DNA from: a virus
Lineage: Duplodnaviria > Caudoviricetes
Virus record (IMG/VR): IMGVR_UViG_3300032327_000831
Location: 1-51,453 of that record
Strand: one strand, 5' to 3'
DNA: 51,453 nt
Made by a program: the position numbers and the translations under genes. Shown here in pieces: positions 34,842 through 43,419 of this stretch; within the stretch, counting starts at the first letter, position 1; each line of letters begins with the position of its first letter. The notes beneath the pieces were generated by a model. It was not told the DNA's origin. It worked only from the letters and a program-made list of their open reading frames with translations, and did not search any database.

Positions 34842-35522
34842 ATGCCAACTAACAACCCTTTTGCCGTCGGCAACTCCAAAAGCGCCGGTTCGTTTCCCAC
34901 TACGTCGCAAGACCAACTTAATCAGCAGCAGCAGCAGCAAAAACAGAAAGGGCCTACACAAGATCGGGCTTCTATGTTGCTTCCGCCAAAAATGGGCGTT
35001 GGCATTGGTTCGCTTCCCACTACGCCGCAACAACCGGATCAGTACTCGCAAGACCAACTGAATCAGGAGATGCTGAATAAGCAGATGCAGCAGCAAAAAC
35101 AGAAAGGGTTTACACAAGATCGGGCTTCTATGTTGCTTCCGCCAAAAATGGGCGTTGGCATTGGTTCGTTTCCCACTACGCCGCAACAACCGGATCAGTA
35201 CTCGCAAGACCAACTGAATCAGCAGATGCTGAATCAGCAGATGCAGCAGCAAAAACAGTACTCGCAAGACCAACTGAATCAGCAGATGCTGAATCAGCAG
35301 ATGCAGCAGCAAAAACAGCAAGGGCCTACACAAGATCGGGCTTCTATGCTGGCGTCGCAAAACCCCACCCAAGTTGGCCCAAAAGTGCAGGCCCTTGGCA
35401 TACCGCAAGCCGGGGCGCGCACTCCCGTTGGCGCCTTGGGCCAGGGCACCGCACGCCCACCGCGTCCCGGTCAGATGATCAACAGCACAGGGCTGATTGG
35501 CAAACAAATGCAGCCACGTTAA
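34842..35522 (+). CDS. Gln-rich low-complexity repeat protein
   Basis: ATG 34842 after AGGA; in-frame 156-bp and 60-bp duplications; ends TGLIGKQMQPR. Confidence 0.7.
   Translation: MPTNNPFAVGNSKSAGSFPTTSQDQLNQQQQQQKQKGPTQDRASMLLPPKMGVGIGSLPTTPQQPDQYSQDQLNQEMLNKQMQQQKQKGFTQDRASMLLPPKMGVGIGSFPTTPQQPDQYSQDQLNQQMLNQQMQQQKQYSQDQLNQQMLNQQMQQQKQQGPTQDRASMLASQNPTQVGPKVQALGIPQAGARTPVGALGQGTARPPRPGQMINSTGLIGKQMQPR
34880..35350 (+). repeat. Nested tandem duplications (156-bp and 60-bp periods) with CAG runs
   Basis: acacaagatcgggcttctatg at 34956, 35112 and about 35327; 60-bp unit at 35196-35255 and 35256-35315. Confidence 0.9.
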
Positions 35523-35531
35523 GGACTCCAG

Positions 35532-37769
35532 ATGCAGCCCCCAGAAATCAATATTGACGTTGAGGTCATGGACCCGCAAGCGCAGAAAGAAATGCGTGAA
35601 GAGCGCTTGCAGGCGTTTGGCAACAGCATGGCCCAGCAGCGCGACCAGTGGGTGCGCGCCCGCTACAGCTACGGCGTAGACAAGCGCTGGCTTGAGGACG
35701 AGGACCAGTACAACGCCAAAGACAACATCAGCAAGGCAGCCAGCCAGATGATGACCAGCGTAGAGCAGGGCTACCCTGTCACCACCCAAGCGGCCAAGCC
35801 GCACCGCTCGACCGTCTACATTGGCCTGACCAGGCAAAAAGCCAATGCGGCCGAAGCCCGCCTAGCCGACATCCTGCTGCCCACCGATGACCGGAATTGG
35901 GGTATCCAGCCCACTCCCAAGCCCACCCTGATGACCATGGCCCGTGATGGGCAAATGGCGGGCGACAAAAACACCGGCGAACCTTTGCTGCACCCCGAGA
36001 CTCAAGAGCCGCTTCGAATGAAGGACATTGCGCGGGCTGCCATGGATGTGGCGCGCAAAAAGTCAGAAGCTATGCAGCTTGAGATTGACGACCAGCTTAC
36101 CGAGTGCGACTACAACGCCGAAGTGCGCAAGGCGATTCACAACTCGGCCGTGCTTGGCACCGGCGTGATCAAAGGGCCGATCGTTACCAACCGCACGCGC
36201 AAAGCCTGGCAGCCTTATTCCGACATGGAAGGCAACCAGGTGCACACCCTGGAGATTGTCGAAGAACTGCGGCCCGCAACTTTCAGCGTTGACCCGCGCA
36301 ACGTTTGGCCGGACCCAGGTTGCGGCGACTGCATCCACAACGGCAAGGGCATCTACGAGCGGGAGCAATTGACCAGCCGCCAGGTTCGTGATTTGGCCAA
36401 GCAACCGGGCTTTATGAAGGACCAGCTTCGCAAGGTCTTGGAAGAAGGCCCAAAGAAGTCGGCCACCTTCCAGGAGCTGAAGGACGAAGACCAGCGCGAT
36501 ATTGCCACCGATGTGTACGAGATGTGGACCTACTGGGGCGAAGTGGACCACGACGACCTGGAAGCGACTGGGCTGAAGGTAGGCCCCAAAGACGAGTTGC
36601 GCAGCATCAGCGCTTGCTCGGTGATGATCAACAACACCATAGTTAAGGCATTCCTTAACCCACTAGAAAGCGGCGATCTGCCTTACGACTTCTTTGTCTG
36701 GGAAAAAGTGGCCGACAGCGTGTGGGGCTACGGCGTGCCGTACCTGATGCGCGCCCAGCAGCGGGTCTTGAACGCCGCCTGGCGCCAGATGATGGACAAC
36801 GCAGGCGTGTCCAGCGGGCCGCAAATCATTGTCAAGGCCGGGGCGATCCAGCCTGCCGACAAGCAGTGGCAGCTAAGCGCCCGCAAGATATGGTTTGCCA
36901 CTGACGACGTAGACGACGTGCGCAAAGCCTTCACCGCAGTGGAATTCAACAGCCACCAGGCCGAACTGGCGGGCATCATCAAGATGGCCATGGAACTGGT
37001 TGACCAAGAAACCGGAGTCCCGGCAATCACCCAGGGCGAGAAGGGGGCGGCGCCAGACACTGTCGGTGGCATGCAAATGCTAATGAACAGTGCCAATGTG
37101 GTGTTACGTAGACTGGTCAAGCAATTTGATGACATGATCACCAAACCGCACATTCGCCGGTACTACGACTACAACATGATGTACAGCGAGGACGAAGAAA
37201 TCAAAGGCGACTTTAGCGTTGACGCCCGAGGCTCCAGCGCGCTGCTGATCCGCGACATCCAGAACCAATCGTTCATGAACCTGTTGGCTGCCGCAACCAA
37301 CCCAGTATTTGGCGTCTACCTGGACCCGCAAAAACTGTTTGAAAAAGCCTTGCAGGCCCAGCACATCGACCCCAAGGACGTGTTCAAAGCCGAAGACGAG
37401 CTGGAAAAAATCAAGGAACAGCAAGCCCAGGCCGCAGCCAACCCGCAAGGCCAACAGGAAGCAGACCCCCGCATCCAGGCCGCGCAGATTCGTGCCCAGG
37501 CCGACATGCAAAAAGCCCAGGCGCAGAACCAGGCTGATACCGCTGAAATCCAATTGCGCCAAGCACTGGCCCAGCAAGAAGGCGAACTCCGCATGGCCGA
37601 ATTGCAAATGCAACGCGAAATCGAAATGCTCAAGATGTCCAATACCCAGAACATCAGCCTGGAGCAAATCAAAGCTAAGCTGGCCGACACAGCTATTCGC
37701 GAACGCAGCAAGAAGGAAATCTACGCTGCTGAGCAAAACCTCAAACTGCAAACCGGTTCCGGCATCTAA
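35532..37769 (+). CDS. Portal protein
   Basis: 745 aa after TerL; GTGVIKG, VDPRNVWPDP, WGYGVP, DQETGVP..QG, long C-terminal Q/A-rich barrel helix. Confidence 0.88.
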   Translation: MQPPEINIDVEVMDPQAQKEMREERLQAFGNSMAQQRDQWVRARYSYGVDKRWLEDEDQYNAKDNISKAASQMMTSVEQGYPVTTQAAKPHRSTVYIGLTRQKANAAEARLADILLPTDDRNWGIQPTPKPTLMTMARDGQMAGDKNTGEPLLHPETQEPLRMKDIARAAMDVARKKSEAMQLEIDDQLTECDYNAEVRKAIHNSAVLGTGVIKGPIVTNRTRKAWQPYSDMEGNQVHTLEIVEELRPATFSVDPRNVWPDPGCGDCIHNGKGIYEREQLTSRQVRDLAKQPGFMKDQLRKVLEEGPKKSATFQELKDEDQRDIATDVYEMWTYWGEVDHDDLEATGLKVGPKDELRSISACSVMINNTIVKAFLNPLESGDLPYDFFVWEKVADSVWGYGVPYLMRAQQRVLNAAWRQMMDNAGVSSGPQIIVKAGAIQPADKQWQLSARKIWFATDDVDDVRKAFTAVEFNSHQAELAGIIKMAMELVDQETGVPAITQGEKGAAPDTVGGMQMLMNSANVVLRRLVKQFDDMITKPHIRRYYDYNMMYSEDEEIKGDFSVDARGSSALLIRDIQNQSFMNLLAAATNPVFGVYLDPQKLFEKALQAQHIDPKDVFKAEDELEKIKEQQAQAAANPQGQQEADPRIQAAQIRAQADMQKAQAQNQADTAEIQLRQALAQQEGELRMAELQMQREIEMLKMSNTQNISLEQIKAKLADTAIRERSKKEIYAAEQNLKLQTGSGI

Positions 37770-37789
37770 ATCACTGAAAGGAAATCTTC

Positions 37790-38164
37790 ATGGCAAACAT
37801 AGCCTGCATAATCTCGCAAAGCGGCGGCGCGGACAGCGTCCAGCTTGGCACCTGGACCTTACTGGCCAACGGCGATAGTGGTCTTGCTTTCCCCCGTCCT
37901 GATTGGGCCGACCGCACCATCCAGGTGTTTGGCACTTTTGGTTCCGGTGGCACCGTGCTGATTGAAGGCAGCAACGACGGCACCAATTGGGCCACGTTGA
38001 ACGACGCCTTTGGGACAACAATGTCCGTCACCTCCGCAAGCATTAAGCAGTTGGCCGAGGCCACGCTGTACATGCGTCCCCGGGTTTCCGCTGGCGATGG
38101 AACTACGTCCATCACGGTAATTGTCTGCGCGCGGAAAATTCTTCCACGCTCTTGGTCTGCATAA
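37790..38164 (+). CDS. Small beta-rich structural protein
   Basis: TIQVFGTFG..TV.IEGSNDGTNWATL..Y.RP pattern. Confidence 0.55.
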   Translation: MANIACIISQSGGADSVQLGTWTLLANGDSGLAFPRPDWADRTIQVFGTFGSGGTVLIEGSNDGTNWATLNDAFGTTMSVTSASIKQLAEATLYMRPRVSAGDGTTSITVIVCARKILPRSWSA

Positions 38165-38176
38165 GGAGTACCTACC

Positions 38177-38704
38177 ATGAGTAAATTTTTGAATGCTGCC
38201 GACGCCCTGGAGCGTTTGGCCAAACAACACCAGCTTTACGCTGACGCAGCAGCCGAACTGACCCAGGTTGGCTCGCTAATCCAAGCCGCTTCTGAGGCTG
38301 AAAAACAGATTGCGGATGTGCGCGTTGAGCTGGACGCCGCCAAAGCCCAGATCGCAGGCATAGCAGCGGACACCGCCGCTGCGCAACAGCAAGCAAAAGC
38401 TCTGATTGATGAAGCCAAGGAAAGCGCAAAACAAACCAAGCTGAAAGCCAATGCGCTTGCAGCGGACGTGGATCAAAAGGCTACTGCTAAAGCCGCAGCC
38501 CTGGTCCAAGAAGCGCAGGCTCGGGCCAGCGCATTGATTGCCCAGGCCACGACGGTGCTAAACGACGCCAAAGCCCAGGCCAGCGTTGCGGAAACGGAGG
38601 CAGCAGCCGCACGCGCGGACATGGTCGCAACGCAAGAAGAGTTGGCTGCCGCCCAGGCACAGCTTGAAGAAATCCGCGCCAAGGTTCGCAACCTTATTGG
38701 ATAA
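38177..38704 (+). CDS. Ala-rich coiled-coil protein
   Basis: AAGGAG SD; 175 aa continuous heptad-like helix. Confidence 0.65.
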   Translation: MSKFLNAADALERLAKQHQLYADAAAELTQVGSLIQAASEAEKQIADVRVELDAAKAQIAGIAADTAAAQQQAKALIDEAKESAKQTKLKANALAADVDQKATAKAAALVQEAQARASALIAQATTVLNDAKAQASVAETEAAAARADMVATQEELAAAQAQLEEIRAKVRNLIG

Positions 38705-38707
38705 AAC

Positions 38708-40594
38708 ATGGCCTTTGATGTAACGCACGCCAAAGTTAGCGCAATTGCCGATGACCCGGCAGCCGTTGCTGCCGGTGAAGTGGTTCCTTCTGACTGGAAT
38801 AACAACCACGTTTTGACGGGGCAGTTAGCGGTCGCCAACGGCGGTACAGGCGTTACAACGTCAACCGGAACGGGCTCGGTGGTGCTGTCCACCAGCCCCA
38901 GCCTGACCACGCCAACGCAGGTCAGTTACGAGGCTTGGACATCAACTACCGCGCCTACCTACGCCGAAGGACGGCTTTGGTTTGACAGCACCCAGCACTC
39001 CCTAAGCTACTACAACGACTCTGCGACTGCACCGGTTCACATCGGCCAAGACCTGCAACTGAAGGTCATCAACAACACAGGCTCAAGCATTGCCAACGGC
39101 TCCCCCGTGTACCTGACTGGCACATCAAGCGGCCAGACGTACCCCAACATTGCCTTGGCAAAAGCAGATGCCTCAACTACCGCAGCGGTAGTAGGGTTGA
39201 CAAACGGCGCAATTGCCAGTGGCGCATTCGGTTATGTCACCCTCTTGGGCGGTATCGACAAAGTCAACACCGGGACATTTACTGTTGGGCAGGTGCTGTA
39301 CCTCAGCCCCTACTCGGCGGGGCAATTGATGAACACTGTGCCGCCGACTGGACTCATTATCCAAGTTGGAACGGTGACCTACGTCGATTCGACCAACGGC
39401 AAGATCAACGTCAAGCAGTCCACGCCGTTGACTGTTGCGGCGTCTACTTTGACGGGGCAGGTGGCGATCGCCAACGGCGGTACGGGCCAGACAACCAAGG
39501 CGGCAGGTTTCAACGCCCTGTCGCCCATGTCCGCAGCGGGTGATGTGATCTACGGCGGCACAAGCGGCGCAGGAACCGCTTTGGCAATCGGCACCGCCGG
39601 TCAGGTACTGACCGTAAACACTGGCGCTACAGCCCCCGTATGGGCCGCCCCAGCTACCAGCGGCACAGTCACATCAGTGGGCGGCACAGGCACTGTCAGC
39701 GGCATCAGCTTGTCTGGCACGGTGACCAGTTCAGGAAACCTTACCCTTGGCGGTACGCTCGACTTGTCTAGCCCACCTGCTATTGGCGGCACATCTGCGG
39801 CAGCGGGGACTTTTACGACTTTGACTGGATCAACGTCAACAACTACACCAATTGTTCAAAATAGTGCGGCTGCGGCAATTGCATTTAAAACAAACTCAGC
39901 AATAAGCGCATTAACTCAATTTAGCATAAATCACACAGCTTCTGCTGTTAACTATGTACAAGTAGCGGGTGCGGCTACCGGAGGAAATCCAGCAATTACG
40001 GCGCAAGGTAGCGATGATGCTATAAATTTAGTTCTTTCAGCAAAATCCACTTCATCTATTTATTTTTACACTAATAACTTAAGTACCAACTCAAGACATC
40101 TTGATATTATTCACACAGGTACTGTTGTGAACCGATTCCAAATTACAGGTTCTCAAACCGGAAACCCTGTTGTTTTGGGTGTTAATGGTGGTAATAACGA
40201 CATTGACATAACCTTAACACCAAAGGGCGTGGGGCGTGTAAACATTACGACCAGCATTAAGCCCAAGGTAAGTAGCGCAGCCAACGTCACATCACCCTTG
40301 GCTTGGAATAGCACATCTTTTGACGAATACGCAATAACCGCCTTGGCAAACGCTTTGACAATTAACGCAGATGCAAACGCTTCCCCTGCTGACGGCCAAC
40401 GAATGATGTTCAGGTTTAAGGACAACGGCACTGCTCGTGCTTTAACTTGGACAACAGGCTCAACCAATTCATTCCGTGTTGTTGGCGTCACCTTGCCCAC
40501 GACCACAGTGGCCTCAAAGTTGGTATATGTCGGTTGCATATACAACGCAGCCGATTCTCGTTGGGACGCAGTAGCTGTGTCGCAAGAGGCTTAA
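38708..40594 (+). CDS. Fibre protein (first fibre module)
   Basis: VVPSDWNNNH N-terminus, repeated ANGGTG, GTVTSV, T/S/G-rich shaft, C-terminal YN....RWD.VA. Confidence 0.75.
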   Translation: MAFDVTHAKVSAIADDPAAVAAGEVVPSDWNNNHVLTGQLAVANGGTGVTTSTGTGSVVLSTSPSLTTPTQVSYEAWTSTTAPTYAEGRLWFDSTQHSLSYYNDSATAPVHIGQDLQLKVINNTGSSIANGSPVYLTGTSSGQTYPNIALAKADASTTAAVVGLTNGAIASGAFGYVTLLGGIDKVNTGTFTVGQVLYLSPYSAGQLMNTVPPTGLIIQVGTVTYVDSTNGKINVKQSTPLTVAASTLTGQVAIANGGTGQTTKAAGFNALSPMSAAGDVIYGGTSGAGTALAIGTAGQVLTVNTGATAPVWAAPATSGTVTSVGGTGTVSGISLSGTVTSSGNLTLGGTLDLSSPPAIGGTSAAAGTFTTLTGSTSTTTPIVQNSAAAAIAFKTNSAISALTQFSINHTASAVNYVQVAGAATGGNPAITAQGSDDAINLVLSAKSTSSIYFYTNNLSTNSRHLDIIHTGTVVNRFQITGSQTGNPVVLGVNGGNNDIDITLTPKGVGRVNITTSIKPKVSSAANVTSPLAWNSTSFDEYAITALANALTINADANASPADGQRMMFRFKDNGTARALTWTTGSTNSFRVVGVTLPTTTVASKLVYVGCIYNAADSRWDAVAVSQEA

Positions 40595-40595
40595 T

Positions 40596-40877
40596 ATGGT
40601 TATCGCAAAACGACTGTCAAGTATTACCTACCTTGGGGTTGAGATTAATACTTACCAAGCAAATACTGGTGAAGGCATACCCATGCACTCCCATGTTTTT
40701 GCGCATGGGACAGTTTGCCAGTCTGGGTTATGCAAAATTACTGTAGGTGAAGAATCTGTTGTTATTTCAAACAATATTGTTTATGAAATGCCAGCAAACG
40801 TATTGCATGAAATTGAAGCATTAGAAGATGGAACCACAATAATAAATATAATGCCTTCACAAATAGTTAAAGCATAA
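40596..40877 (+). CDS. RmlC-like cupin protein
   Basis: GEGIPMHSHVFAH...G...MPANVLHEIEALEDGT. Confidence 0.8.
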   Translation: MVIAKRLSSITYLGVEINTYQANTGEGIPMHSHVFAHGTVCQSGLCKITVGEESVVISNNIVYEMPANVLHEIEALEDGTTIINIMPSQIVKA

Positions 40878-41758
40878 TGGCAAAAATAACACTTACCGGC
40901 GCTGGCACATGGGATCTTCCAGCAGATTGGAATGACGCAGCCAATACCATTGAAATATATGCTGCTGGCGGGAATGGTGCTTCTGGCTTATCAAGTCGTT
41001 CTGGCGGCGGCGGTGGTGGTGGTCAATATCTATTGGCAACAAACGTACCTCTAAAAGCCGCAATTGATGCTGGATACGTCAGTAATAATCTTTATGTAAC
41101 TAACGGTACAGGTGCTAGCTTTCTATGGAATGGTACTATCGCAACTGATGGCTGTACCGGTCTTCCTATCATAAGTAGTTTAATAGTCGCAACTACCGGA
41201 TCTGCTGGATCGGGCATTACAGGCGGTGCTGGTGGTGCAGGCGGTTATGCTCAAATAAATGGCGTTATCTACACCACTACATCGAGGGCTGGTGGTAATG
41301 GTGGGAGCGGTAGAAATACATCAACAGCCGCAGGGGGCGGTGGCGGTGGCGCTGCTGGCCCTAACGGCGTTGGCGGGGCAGGCTCAACAAACACCGTAGC
41401 CACAATAGGTAATGGCGGCGGGGGCGGTAACGGCGGTGGAGCAGGTTCTGGAGCTACTGGAGGTTCGGCGGGTACTGGCGCTGGTGCTGGTGGTAATGGT
41501 GGCGCTGCATCCACTTCTGGATCGGCTGGTGGTGATGCAAACCTGACTACTATTTATTCTGGTGGTGGCGGTGGTGGCGATGGACGTAACGCGACAGCAG
41601 TTAATTCTGGCGGCGCGGGTGGAAATCGCGGGGGTGGCGGCGGCGGTGGCGCGGCTTCTTCGTTTATTTCCACCGGGGGCCTTGGCGCTGTAGGTACGAT
41701 CATCATTACTTACACCCCAATTGCAACATCCACCGGCAATATGTTTTTAATGTTTTAG
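40877..41758 (+). CDS. Glycine-rich fibre/adhesin-like protein
   Basis: T..GTW..P, AAGG.G, many GGGGG runs, C-terminal G.IIITY...FLMF. Confidence 0.7.
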   Translation: MAKITLTGAGTWDLPADWNDAANTIEIYAAGGNGASGLSSRSGGGGGGGQYLLATNVPLKAAIDAGYVSNNLYVTNGTGASFLWNGTIATDGCTGLPIISSLIVATTGSAGSGITGGAGGAGGYAQINGVIYTTTSRAGGNGGSGRNTSTAAGGGGGGAAGPNGVGGAGSTNTVATIGNGGGGGNGGGAGSGATGGSAGTGAGAGGNGGAASTSGSAGGDANLTTIYSGGGGGGDGRNATAVNSGGAGGNRGGGGGGGAASSFISTGGLGAVGTIIITYTPIATSTGNMFLMF

Positions 41759-41765
41759 GAAAATC

Positions 41766-42035
41766 ATGGCACTCATCAAATCAATTGACACCGAATTTGG
41801 AATACCAGCTTCGTACTGGAACATCGGCGCAGTCCAAGAAGACTTCAAAGGCAAAGGCACTGAAGTCACTTTCTACGGCTATGCGTCCAAGGAGGCCCGT
41901 GATGCTGGCAAGCAGCCTCTGTCCGCAGGCAAAGTAGCGATCTCTGGTGGTGACTATGTTGCCGGTGCAGACCGTGCTGCTTTGTATGCAATCATTAAGC
42001 AGAAGCCCGAGTTTGACGGCGCTGTAGACGCATGA
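41766..42035 (+). CDS. Small fibre-associated protein
   Basis: MALIKSIDTEFGI..SYW.I...GY.SKEAR..G...LY..IK..PEF..A.D; follows fibre genes. Confidence 0.6.
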   Translation: MALIKSIDTEFGIPASYWNIGAVQEDFKGKGTEVTFYGYASKEARDAGKQPLSAGKVAISGGDYVAGADRAALYAIIKQKPEFDGAVDA

Positions 42036-42142
42036 GCCGCGCTTTTCAGCAAAACGCTTTTCAGCAAGGGGCTTTTCAAAAAAGCATTCTTGGCCAGGCC
42101 ACCGATTGGTTTGTTCGCGTTTTGCGTCGCGCGCGGCGCTAG
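42032..42142 (+). CDS. 36-aa peptide with AFQ repeats and Arg-rich tail (not in ORF track)
   Basis: ATGA coupling; MSRAFQQNAFQQGAFQKSILGQATDWFVRVLRRARR. Confidence 0.55.
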   Translation: MSRAFQQNAFQQGAFQKSILGQATDWFVRVLRRARR

Positions 42143-42154
42143 TTAAAAGGGGTG

Positions 42155-42184
42155 TTGCGCAGATGCCACACTTTCGCATAGAAT
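42155..42184 (+). promoter_or_regulatory. Late promoter 2 (head operon)
   Basis: TTGCGC-18 nt-TAGAAT; shares flanking motifs with late promoter 1. Confidence 0.6.
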
Positions 42185-42215
42185 CTGGTCAGGGACCTTG
42201 CGTCCAAAAATAACC

Positions 42216-42241
42216 AAGCCAGGCTATGACCTGGCTTTTTT
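42216..42241 (+). terminator. Terminator in leader of head operon
   Basis: aagccagg-ctatga-cctggctt-tttt. Confidence 0.8.
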
Positions 42242-42247
42242 GATGGC

Positions 42248-42451
42248 ATGAACGATTTCACTTCTTCAACTTGGCACCAATTGAGGCGATGGGCTGAAAC
42301 AGAGCTTGCGCGCACAAGGGTCAAAAACGACGTAGTCGGACTCTCCGAAAACGAGACTGCGGCGTTGAGGGGTGAGATCAAAATGCTCAAACGATTTCTC
42401 GACTTGCCTAACCAGGCAACTCGGGGTGTGGTGGCCGAGCCGGACGAATAG
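42248..42451 (+). CDS. Small conserved protein upstream of scaffold (Bbp19-like)
   Basis: F.S.TW..L...L...R.KND...T..LRG.I..LK..L.LP. Confidence 0.6.
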   Translation: MNDFTSSTWHQLRRWAETELARTRVKNDVVGLSENETAALRGEIKMLKRFLDLPNQATRGVVAEPDE

Positions 42452-42471
42452 TCCCGCATGGCTGTATGAGT

Positions 42472-42495
42472 AGGCCTCCGAAAGGGGGCTTTTTT
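42472..42495 (+). terminator. Intrinsic terminator
   Basis: aggcctcc-gaaa-gggggctt-tttt. Confidence 0.7.
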
Positions 42496-42508
42496 ATTGG
42501 AGAGCATT

Positions 42509-43393
42509 GTGGAAGAAAACGAACTGTCTCAAGAAGAGGCGCAACAGTTGTGGAACGAGGAAGCTAACAAGCTGGATGCCGGTGGTGATACACCCGCACC
42601 CGAGCTTCAAGCGCCAGTGCCGGAAACCCCGCCACAGGAAAATCCTGAACCTCAAGCGCAGGAGGCACCAGTTGATCCACTGGCCGGGCTTCCGGAAGAA
42701 GTGAAAATTGCACTGGGCAAGATCACTCATCTGGAGCAGGCAAATGCTCAGTTGCTGCACCACGTAAAGACTACCGAGGGTCGCGTGGCTGCGATGCAGC
42801 GTGAGGCCCAGCAGGGGCGCCAAGCAGCGACTTTGGTCGATGCCGCGCCCAGCCAGGGCCAAATGGCTGCCGCCGCCAAGAACCCAGAGAAGTGGGAGCA
42901 GCTCAAGCAGGATTTCCCGGAATGGGCGGGAGCGATGGAGGAGTACGTTGGTGCAAAGCTCAGCGGCATGCAGCCCGGTGTACAGGCCACGGACATCGTG
43001 GATTACGTGCAGCGGCAGTTGGCCACAGAGCGCGAGTCAATGCGCACCGCGATCGAAGAAGCCCGTGTTGAAGGCAAGTACGAAAACTGGCGCGAAACGG
43101 TGGCGACACCGGACTTTGCGGCCTGGTTTCAACTACAGCCAACCGAGATTAAAAATCTCGCTGACAGCCCAGCAGCCAAAGATGCCCTTCGCATGTTGGA
43201 CTTGTTTCATACAGCAAAAGCGAAACCAGCATCGGAAATCAGGCAAGAGCGAGGAGCACGTCTCGCCGCAGCCGCGACGACTCGACCTGGCCAGACGCCG
43301 CCGCCCAAGACATTGGACGACATGTCACCAGAAGAACTGTGGAACTACGAAGCCAAGAAGCGCGAGGACCAACTCGCAAAACGCGGCTATTAA
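42509..43393 (+). CDS. Capsid scaffolding protein
   Basis: GGAG SD before GTG 42509; acidic Pro-rich N-terminus, coiled coil; directly upstream of capsid gene. Confidence 0.75.
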   Translation: MEENELSQEEAQQLWNEEANKLDAGGDTPAPELQAPVPETPPQENPEPQAQEAPVDPLAGLPEEVKIALGKITHLEQANAQLLHHVKTTEGRVAAMQREAQQGRQAATLVDAAPSQGQMAAAAKNPEKWEQLKQDFPEWAGAMEEYVGAKLSGMQPGVQATDIVDYVQRQLATERESMRTAIEEARVEGKYENWRETVATPDFAAWFQLQPTEIKNLADSPAAKDALRMLDLFHTAKAKPASEIRQERGARLAAAATTRPGQTPPPKTLDDMSPEELWNYEAKKREDQLAKRGY

Positions 43394-43419
43394 CCAATCT
43401 TTGAAAAGGACCTGAAATC

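Noticed and set aside
34880-35350. Near-identical repeats as a DGR template/variable pair
   Set aside because: No reverse transcriptase; repeats are tandem and in frame, and differences are not adenine-specific.
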